Shown here: positions 57,409 through 64,000 of the stretch, one piece after another
Numbering within the stretch: the stretch's first letter is position 1
Layout of the letters: each line of letters begins with the position of its first letter
Assembly (NCBI GenBank): GCA_964291295.2
Contig: OZ219754.1
Coordinates: forward strand, 2,176,001 to 2,240,000
Length of the DNA stretch: 64,000 nucleotides
Direction: 5' to 3'
Origin: an uncultured Candidatus Binatia bacterium
GTDB lineage: Bacteria > Desulfobacterota > Binatia > UBA9968 > JAJDTQ01
Translations under genes and position numbers: made by a program
The notes under the pieces: model-generated
Told to the model about the DNA's origin: nothing
The model's input: only the letters and a program-made list of their open reading frames with translations
Databases searched by the model: none

Positions 57409-58286
57409 AGTCTCCGGCCCTTTTTGTCTGCGGCACGCCTAGCGATCGATACGGATTCGAGTGCAGAACGCTCGACGGACCGCAGGTTCCAGATGGGTTT
57501 GCCAGATACTTGGACGACATCCCGGCTGAGAAATTTCCCAAGCGAGGAGATGCGACGCATTTCTTCTTTCGCGACAAGGATGAGGGCTGGGCGATGTACG
57601 CCGAGTATCGCTCAATCCATCCCAACGACGCAGATCACAACCGTGGCGCATTCATCGCCGTGGGCTGCTGGTCGAATGCGGCACTCACGCCCGATCAGGC
57701 GATGGAAGCCCTGTTCCGTATCGAGGACGTCCACCGCGATCTTGCGGAGAGGCGCGACCCGGACACCGATTCGTTCTCCCCCGACTTTCAATTGCCTGAA
57801 TACGCGGCACCCAACCTTGTAGTGCTGGATCGTGACCAGGTCGATCGGTCCCGGTTGGCTGATCTGTTTTGTCAGGCCGCAGCGGGCCGAGGGACATACA
57901 GCGGCCAATCCGGATCGGTGACCCTTACGTCCAAAGAGGTTGGCCAAGGCTTGCTCGCGCAGTTCTGCGCGCCGCCACCGGAGGCGGAACCTGCTCCTCC
58001 CGACCCGGGAAGCTGGCAAACGCGCTTGGATGAGGTGATACGGTACGGTATGGACGAATCACTGCAGACACGCCAAGCGCTCCGGAAACTGTCGAAGCTG
58101 GAAGACCAGCGTGCGAAGGTGCTCAAGTCCTTGACCCGGAGTTCGCGACGCGCTTCCGGGGCCGGAACGCGCCGGGGCGCCAGTACTGGGCCGCACATGA
58201 CGATCCGGGAGATTATCTTTTTCTCCCTCTGCGCGACGATTTGGACAGCAGTTGCAGTTGTATTGACAGTGATCTTCGCCACATGA
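57390..58286 (+). CDS. Hypothetical protein, GAP1-N-like N-terminus and C-terminal TM anchor
   Basis: Overlaps the GTPase stop; Y..I.P.D...RGAFIAVG motif, Pro-rich linker, helical segment, terminal hydrophobic helix. Confidence 0.75.
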   Translation: MGSNDLKSPALFVCGTPSDRYGFECRTLDGPQVPDGFARYLDDIPAEKFPKRGDATHFFFRDKDEGWAMYAEYRSIHPNDADHNRGAFIAVGCWSNAALTPDQAMEALFRIEDVHRDLAERRDPDTDSFSPDFQLPEYAAPNLVVLDRDQVDRSRLADLFCQAAAGRGTYSGQSGSVTLTSKEVGQGLLAQFCAPPPEAEPAPPDPGSWQTRLDEVIRYGMDESLQTRQALRKLSKLEDQRAKVLKSLTRSSRRASGAGTRRGASTGPHMTIREIIFFSLCATIWTAVAVVLTVIFAT

Positions 58287-58632
58287 TTGTCAAGTGGCGC
58301 CGGAAAATCGGGCAGATTTCCAACTCGACTTTGTGCATTACGAGGCGAAGAAAAGCGCGTAATGCATACGCCTTGAGCGGGAAATCGAGCCGTCGCGGGG
58401 CAGGGCACCCGAACCGCCAGCCCGCGGCAAGCCCATGGAGATGGACATGGGGCTCTGATTATGGCGCGATCCGTCTTCCGATATCTGCGCAACATCGCCC
58501 GGCATTCCTGGTAGCGGCTGCCACTGGAGCCAAGTGATGATGCCAGGAGCAGTTCCGGACGATACATCCCTGCCGCGGCGTGCGGCCATGAATGCCGGGA
58601 ATGCGCGATGCTGGAACTGCCGTTGAAGATGA

Positions 58633-59075
58633 TTACTGAAACAGCCAGGAGCCGATCGCACACCACGACATGGCAGTCAACACGAAGGCCGCCCAGTTCG
58701 AGAACAGGTCTGCACCCCTTCGAACAAGCCGGAAATCATTCCAGTTGATCTTCTCCCGTTGATCTTCAAGTATGAAACCCGGGCTCCGTGCACTTTAAGC
58801 TCCTCCTCCATCTTCCCATCGTCCTGCAGGTGAAAGTATCTCAGGACGTACCAATCGACATGGGCGAGAACCACCGTTACGCCGAGAACGATCATGCCCC
58901 ATTCATCCGACGGTCTTATGCCGAAGATCTCGAGATTCTTCGGATCGGCGCTTGCCGCTGCGGCTACGACCACAACACCCGCAAGCGCCAGAGTGTTGCA
59001 CCGGCTGGCTCTCCCAGCTTCTCGGTGGTATTGACCGCGCACTTCCGATCCTGCGGTGGGTACACGTACTCCAGG
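58633..59075 (-). pseudogene. Degraded small membrane-protein gene
   Basis: TM-like segments in shifted frames (NTLALAGVVVV.., GMIVLGVTVVLAH.., ADLFSNWAAFVLTAMSW..Q-stop); 5' end abuts repeat copy 2. Confidence 0.5.
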
Positions 59076-59080
59076 CCGAG

Positions 59081-59234
59081 AGGCTACCCGACCGCCCAAA
59101 CCCATCCCCCGCTCGCCCCGCCGGCGATCATCCCTCCACATTACCCCTACACCGACAACCACCAGGAAGGCGCCCAACACCCTTCCGCCCCGCCTTCATC
59201 TCAACACAACATTCCCGGCATGGAATAGTCCTGC
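59081..59234 (+). repeat. 154-bp direct repeat copy 2 (outer IS right end)
   Basis: 146/154 identical to 54987-55140. Confidence 0.92.
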
Positions 59235-59339
59235 GGTCCCGACCTTCCGCGGCCTTGCCACCCGCCGCGGTCCCCCCGTCCGTCCCGGAAACCGCCGCGC
59301 GGTCCGGCGCGTTCGCTCTTTCCACCCCGGCACCCCCGC

Positions 59340-60218
59340 TCAGGCCAAGGCCGCGACCCAACACAGCGCCACCACCGCGGCCGCCGCCAGACCGGTCCGG
59401 GTCTGGACGCGGATGCTCTCCGGGCGGTCCATGGTCCGTGCCAGCAGGGCACCGGAGACGCCGCCGGCGGCGAATCCCCAGAGATGGGCCCAGATGTCCA
59501 CCCGCGGTCCTCCGGTGCCGAACATGGCGAGGACCGCCAGGCCGGCCGCCACCGGCACCCAGGCCAGCTTGCCCCGCAGGCCGCGCCGCTGCCGCCGGAC
59601 CACTCCCGTGCCGCCGAGAACGCCCAGGGCGCCGAAGACCGCGGTGGACGCGCCGATGGAAACATGGTCGAAGCCGTGAAACCAGGCGTTGCACAGATTT
59701 CCCAGTGCGCCCGCGCCCAGCACCAGGGCCGTGCCGACTCCGGGCCCTTCGGCCCGGCAGACCGCGGTGAGAAAGAACAGCAGGGCGACGGCATTGGCGC
59801 CCACGTGGGCCAGGTCGGCGTGCAGGGTGAGGGCGGTGACCGTGCGCCACAGCTCGCCGCCAAGGATCAGGTCGGCGGATGCGCTGCCGCGCTCGATCCA
59901 GGGCACCGACCCTTGGGTCCATGCGGCAAGGGAGAAAAAGGCCAGCAGCCCCGCGGCCACTGCCGCACCGGTGTAGAGGGGTGCCTGGCCGGGCCAGGGC
60001 TGTTCCTGCGGTATCGGGGTCCGGCTCTCGTTTTCGTAGTCCCAGAGTTCGGTGACCGCCTGTTCCAGGTGTCGGGAAGGGACCGACAGGACCCAGCCGC
60101 TGGAGGTGTGCGCCAGACGCGGAGCCAGCCCTTCCGCCTCAAGCACCAGCGCCCATTCCTCGATCTGGCGCAGGTCCGACGTCCTGCGTACGATGATTTC
60201 CCGTTGTGACTGTATCAT
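59340..60218 (-). CDS. Rhomboid intramembrane serine protease
   Basis: ELWRTVTALTLHAD..H..N, IGASTAVFG and WAHLWG motifs. Confidence 0.92.
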   Translation of the reverse strand: MIQSQREIIVRRTSDLRQIEEWALVLEAEGLAPRLAHTSSGWVLSVPSRHLEQAVTELWDYENESRTPIPQEQPWPGQAPLYTGAAVAAGLLAFFSLAAWTQGSVPWIERGSASADLILGGELWRTVTALTLHADLAHVGANAVALLFFLTAVCRAEGPGVGTALVLGAGALGNLCNAWFHGFDHVSIGASTAVFGALGVLGGTGVVRRQRRGLRGKLAWVPVAAGLAVLAMFGTGGPRVDIWAHLWGFAAGGVSGALLARTMDRPESIRVQTRTGLAAAAVVALCWVAALA

Positions 60219-60278
60219 GGCGGCTGCGCGTCTCCGTTTCAAATATCGAACACGGGCGGCGGCTTCAACCGGGGAGCC

Positions 60279-61151
60279 CTACCGGAACGTGATGAGGGCG
60301 ACGCCGGTGACGATCAGCGCCGCTCCGGCCGCCACCCGGGCGTTGAGGGTCTCGAGGTCGCGCAGGAAGATCGCGCTGAAGAGCACGATGAACAGCGGGT
60401 TGGTATTGATGAGCGGGACCACCACCGACACATCGCCCTGGCTCAGGGCGATGTAACCCAGCAGTTGGGCGGTGGCGGACACCACCGCGGCGGCGCCGTA
60501 GAAGGGCAGGCACTTCCGGTCGCCCCGGAATGTGGGGCGCAGTTGCCCGGTGGCCACCAGGCTGAGCGAGAACACCACGAGAGAGGTGGTGATGGTGATG
60601 GCGGTGGCGACGAAAGGGTTGGGCATGATCCGCAGCCCGGTCTTGCGGAAGTTCTGCGAAATCGCCGTGAGCAGGGCCGCGCTCAGCGGATACGCCAGGT
60701 GAACGGCTTTCCACTCGCTCTCTCCCTCCCGCCGGGCCGCGGTGAGCCAGACCCCCAGGACGCTCAGCAGCGCTCCCGGATAGACCGCGAGGGCGGGTCG
60801 CTCGCCGAGAAAGGTGAAGGCCAGGGCGATGGCGAACAGCGGGGTCACGCTGCGCACCGGGCCGGCGCGGGAAGCGCCCAGCCGGACGATGCCGGTATAG
60901 TGGAGAAAGCGCACGGCGGCGGGCTGGATCAGCCCGCTGATGACGAAGTACCGGGTGGCGCCGGTGTACAGCAGGCCCGGGGGGAAGAGGCGCCAGATGG
61001 CGATCCAGATCGCCGCCGTGCTCAGCGCGAACCCCATGAGCGCGGCCAGCGCCACGCTGGCGTAACGCGAGCCCCGGCGCACCAGGATCGCCTCGGAGCC
61101 CCAGGCCATGGACGACGTCAGGGCAAGAAACTCCGGGCCCGGGACGATCAT
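60279..61151 (-). CDS. DMT/EamA family transporter
   Basis: Two EamA repeats, PLFAIALA..LGER and PLFIVLFSAIFL. Confidence 0.88.
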   Translation of the reverse strand: MIVPGPEFLALTSSMAWGSEAILVRRGSRYASVALAALMGFALSTAAIWIAIWRLFPPGLLYTGATRYFVISGLIQPAAVRFLHYTGIVRLGASRAGPVRSVTPLFAIALAFTFLGERPALAVYPGALLSVLGVWLTAARREGESEWKAVHLAYPLSAALLTAISQNFRKTGLRIMPNPFVATAITITTSLVVFSLSLVATGQLRPTFRGDRKCLPFYGAAAVVSATAQLLGYIALSQGDVSVVVPLINTNPLFIVLFSAIFLRDLETLNARVAAGAALIVTGVALITFR

Positions 61152-61167
61152 GGGCGAAGCGTGGGGT

Positions 61168-62016
61168 TCAATCCAGGACGAGCGGCGTGTCGTCGCGGTT
61201 GGCCCACTCGCCCATGGAGCCATCGTAGTTGCGCGCCCGCTCGTAACCCAGCAGCTTCAGGACGAAGACTCCGTGCGCCGCACGGATGCCGCCCTGTCAA
61301 TAGGTGACCACTTCCCGGTCAGGTGGCACCCCCGCCCGTTCCAGCAGGCTCCGCAGCTCCCCGGCCTCCTTCAGGGTCTTGTAGGGGTTTTCCTGGAGAA
61401 AGTTGAGCCATTCCAGGTGCACCGCTCCCGGCAGGTGGCCCGCCCGCCGGTTGCCGCGGTCGTTGGCCCCGGTCCACTCGCCGTCCGACCGCACGTCCAG
61501 GTAGACCAGGTCCGGATTGCCGAGGTTGGCCTTGCCGTAGTCCAGCGTGCACACCAGATCGGGGTTCGTCCTGGGGTTGAAGAGCGCGCCCCGGGGTTCG
61601 GGCACGTCCAGGGTCGTGGGCCGCCCTTCATGGAACCACTTGCGCCAGCCGCCGTTGAGCACGGTCACGTCGGTGTGGCCGTAGTAGTTCAGCACCCACC
61701 ACAGGCGGGCGGCCCACAGGGAGCCGTTGCTGTCGTAGGCCACCACCCGCGTGCCCGCGCCGATGCCCAGACTCTCCATCACCTCCCTGGCGGTGTCCGG
61801 GGGCGCCACCCGCGGATACCGGTGGGGGTCTCGGGCGAATTCCGGCTGCTTGATGTAGTGGTGCACGCGCATGCCCACGGCGCCCTTGATGTGGGCGCGT
61901 CGGTAGGCGTCGAAGGGGTCGCAGTCGACGATCCGAAGGCCGGGGTCGTCGAGGTGCCGTTCCAGCCAGTCCGTCTCCGCCAGCAGTTCCGGGCGTGCGT
62001 AGCCTTCCTGTGTCAT
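61168..62016 (-). CDS. Tandem-domain rhodanese/3-mercaptopyruvate sulfurtransferase, probable selenoprotein (TGA at codon 240)
   Basis: ETDWL..RIVD..HIKGA, LWWVL..G..LNGG, GHLPGA; VVTY-TGA-QGGIRAA, then the frame continues to NYDGSMGEW..PLVLD-stop. Confidence 0.85.
61267..61290 (-). promoter_or_regulatory. Putative bacterial SECIS hairpin
   Basis: GGC-A-TCCGTGC-GGC-GCACGGA-GTC; 7-bp upper stem starts 11 nt after the in-frame TGA, G-rich apical loop. Confidence 0.65.
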
Positions 62017-62198
62017 CCGTATTCCTCCCGGTGGCGCCGGTCCGGCGCATGGCGCTCCCCCGACGGGAGGGCCGCAGGGAACCGGGCCAGCGTGTCGCAT
62101 CTGTACCAGATGACGCGACGGCGCGCGAGGACGAGGGCATTCGGGTTGAACTGTCGCGCATCCTGGGCGAGAATGGCATCCGTTCGTATTTCGGGGGT

Positions 62199-63275
62199 AT
62201 GCCGATGTCCATGTTCATTGATGCCGACGCTCACGTGATCGAGACCGAGCAGACTTGGGAGTTCATGGAGGAAGGGGACCGGCGGTTCGCGCCGGACCTG
62301 CTGGTCTCCCGGCGCAGCGGCCTGCAGTACTGGCGCATCGACGAGCGGGTGGTGCCCAACACCAACATCGGCCTCAACACCACCGCCGGGTCGCGTGAGC
62401 TCGCCGACGTGCGGGCGCGGATCGCGCACATGGACGCGTTGTCGGTGGACGTCCAGGTCATCTATCCGACGCTGTTCCTGCGCCCCCTGACGGCCCGGGC
62501 CGACGTGGAACGGGCACTCTGCCGGGGTTACAACCGCTGGCTTGCGGAGATCTGGAAGCAGGGGGGCGGGCGCATCCGCTGGGTGGTGCTGGCGCCGGCG
62601 CGGTCCATGGACCGCGCCATCGAGGAGATCCGTTTCGGCAAGGCCCACGGCGCCTGCGGCGTCTTCATGCACGGCTTCGAGGGGGACCGGCTGCTCTCGG
62701 ACGACACCTTCTTCCCCCTCTACCAGGAGGCCAGTGATCTCGACATGCCCATCTGCATCCACGCCGGCGGCGGCAACCTGGATCACTACGACCTGTTCGC
62801 CCAGGACGTGTTCTCGCGCTTCAAGCTCCCGGCGGTGGGAGCGTTCAACAATCTCATCTACAAGGGCGTCCCCGACATGTTCCCGGAGCTTCGCTGGTGC
62901 TTCGTGGAGACCACGTCCCAGTGGGTTCCCTATGCGTTGAACGACCTTCGGATCCGCACGACCGCCGAACTGGCCTTTCGCCGGAAGCACGCCGGCAGCA
63001 GCCTGGCCGGGGTGCGCGGTGCCCCCCGGGAGCTTGCCGACGGGAACCTGCTGAGGGACAACCGCATCTACGTGGCCTGTCAGACCACCGATGACCTGCC
63101 CTATGTGATCGAGCACGCCGGCGAGGACAACATCATCGTGGGAACCGACTACGGGCACGCCGACTACTCCAACGACATGGAGGCCATCGCCAGGCTGGCC
63201 GGCGAGGGCATGCTTCCCGAAGGCTTGGGAACCAGGATCCTGAGTGACAACCCCCGGCGTCTCTACGGCCTGTAG
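62199..63275 (+). CDS. Amidohydrolase_2 family protein
   Basis: IDADAHVIE, CIHAG, FVET..WVP, VGTDYGH and NPRRLYGL motifs. Confidence 0.92.
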   Translation: MPMSMFIDADAHVIETEQTWEFMEEGDRRFAPDLLVSRRSGLQYWRIDERVVPNTNIGLNTTAGSRELADVRARIAHMDALSVDVQVIYPTLFLRPLTARADVERALCRGYNRWLAEIWKQGGGRIRWVVLAPARSMDRAIEEIRFGKAHGACGVFMHGFEGDRLLSDDTFFPLYQEASDLDMPICIHAGGGNLDHYDLFAQDVFSRFKLPAVGAFNNLIYKGVPDMFPELRWCFVETTSQWVPYALNDLRIRTTAELAFRRKHAGSSLAGVRGAPRELADGNLLRDNRIYVACQTTDDLPYVIEHAGEDNIIVGTDYGHADYSNDMEAIARLAGEGMLPEGLGTRILSDNPRRLYGL

Positions 63276-63402
63276 GAGACTGCGTCACAGGACGCTCCGG
63301 GAGGTGGCCGGTGGGAGGGGATGCCCGGATTCGCGTCCAGCATGCCGGAAACGTGCCGCGCCCCGGGCGGGCGACCGCTGACCGCAGTCCGGGAGGAGTA
63401 CC

Positions 63403-64000
63403 ATGTCGAAGATCATTGCCCGCGCGCTTGCGCAGGAGCGGGACGGCGTACCGGGCTTCATCGCCTCGCCGGAGAGGTCGGGTCCGGGCCCGGCCCTGCT
63501 CATCATCCATCACCACTATGGCGTGACCGGCCACCTCAAGCACATGGCCTGCGAGTTCGCCGAGGCCGGGTACAGCGCCATGGTGCCCGCTCTCTACGAC
63601 CTGCTGGGCTTCCCCGACCACCACGGCGTCCAGCAGCAGATCTCCGACGGGCGCTTCGTGGAGATTCTGGACCAGGGCTGGCGATACCTCTGCGGGCGCG
63701 GCGACGTGGACGAGAACCGCGTGGCGGTCATGGGTCTGTGCATGGGCGGGCGCATCGGTATCCACTTCGTCGCGGCCACGCCCCGGGTCGCCGCGTTCCT
63801 GGGCTACTATCCTTCGGTGCGGGACGAGGGGCCGAGCGAGCTCCGGCCGCGGCATCCCGATGAATCCGCCCGGGAGATCCACTGCCCGTCGCTGATCCTG
63901 TTCGGGGGCCGGGACCGGGTCGCTCCGGTGCCGGTCCAGGAACGGCTGCGGGCCGCCTTCCTGGAAGGCACGCCCGACGTGGAGTGGCACTTCTTCCCGC
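63403..64000 (+). CDS. Dienelactone hydrolase family protein, 3' end outside window (absent from ORF track)
   Basis: ATG after GGAGGAG; LIIHHHYG, MGLCMGG and LFGGRD motifs; frame open to window end. Confidence 0.88.
   Translation, partial: MSKIIARALAQERDGVPGFIASPERSGPGPALLIIHHHYGVTGHLKHMACEFAEAGYSAMVPALYDLLGFPDHHGVQQQISDGRFVEILDQGWRYLCGRGDVDENRVAVMGLCMGGRIGIHFVAATPRVAAFLGYYPSVRDEGPSELRPRHPDESAREIHCPSLILFGGRDRVAPVPVQERLRAAFLEGTPDVEWHFFP

Larger units (their letters stand above)
54481..59233 (+). mobile_element. Non-autonomous ISAs1-like transposon carrying passenger genes
   Basis: Left TIR CAGGACTATCCCACGC (54481-54496) vs right TIR GCATGGAATAGTCCTG (59218-59233), 14/16 match; flanks GGGTCCCGAC (54471-54480) and CGGTCCCGAC (59234-59243), 9/10 match; more AT-rich cargo. 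Confidence 0.8.

Overview
A high-GC bacterial chromosome segment. Gene content and order suggest a Deltaproteobacteria/Binatota-like organism, possibly host-associated (inference only). Housekeeping blocks are ileS-lspA, metH, pepP, ftsE-ftsX-envC-ctpA-xseAB-tlyA and rpsU-cvpA-dnaG-rpoD-tRNA(CAT). They are interleaved with many catabolic genes (class III CoA-transferase pair, UbiD decarboxylase, LLM oxidoreductases, amidohydrolases, dienelactone hydrolases, ThDP enzyme) and transporters (TRAP/TAXI, MFS, btuFCD with cobQ). Main observations: (1) a 4.75-kb non-autonomous transposon-like unit (54481-59233) with 16-bp terminal inverted repeats, a 10-bp target-site duplication (9/10) and a duplicated right end. 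It carries a more AT-rich three-gene operon (membrane coiled-coil protein, TRAFAC-type GTPase, GAP1-N-like membrane-anchored protein), a candidate mobile conflict/defence system. (2) A tandem-rhodanese sulfurtransferase whose catalytic Cys codon is an in-frame TGA followed by a SECIS-like hairpin, a probable selenoprotein that the ORF track truncates. (3) A UbiD that resembles phthaloyl-CoA decarboxylase. (4) A small CTAG-flanked MITE. (5) Two genes apparently lacking canonical start codons, and frameshifts in ftsX and envC that may be sequencing errors.
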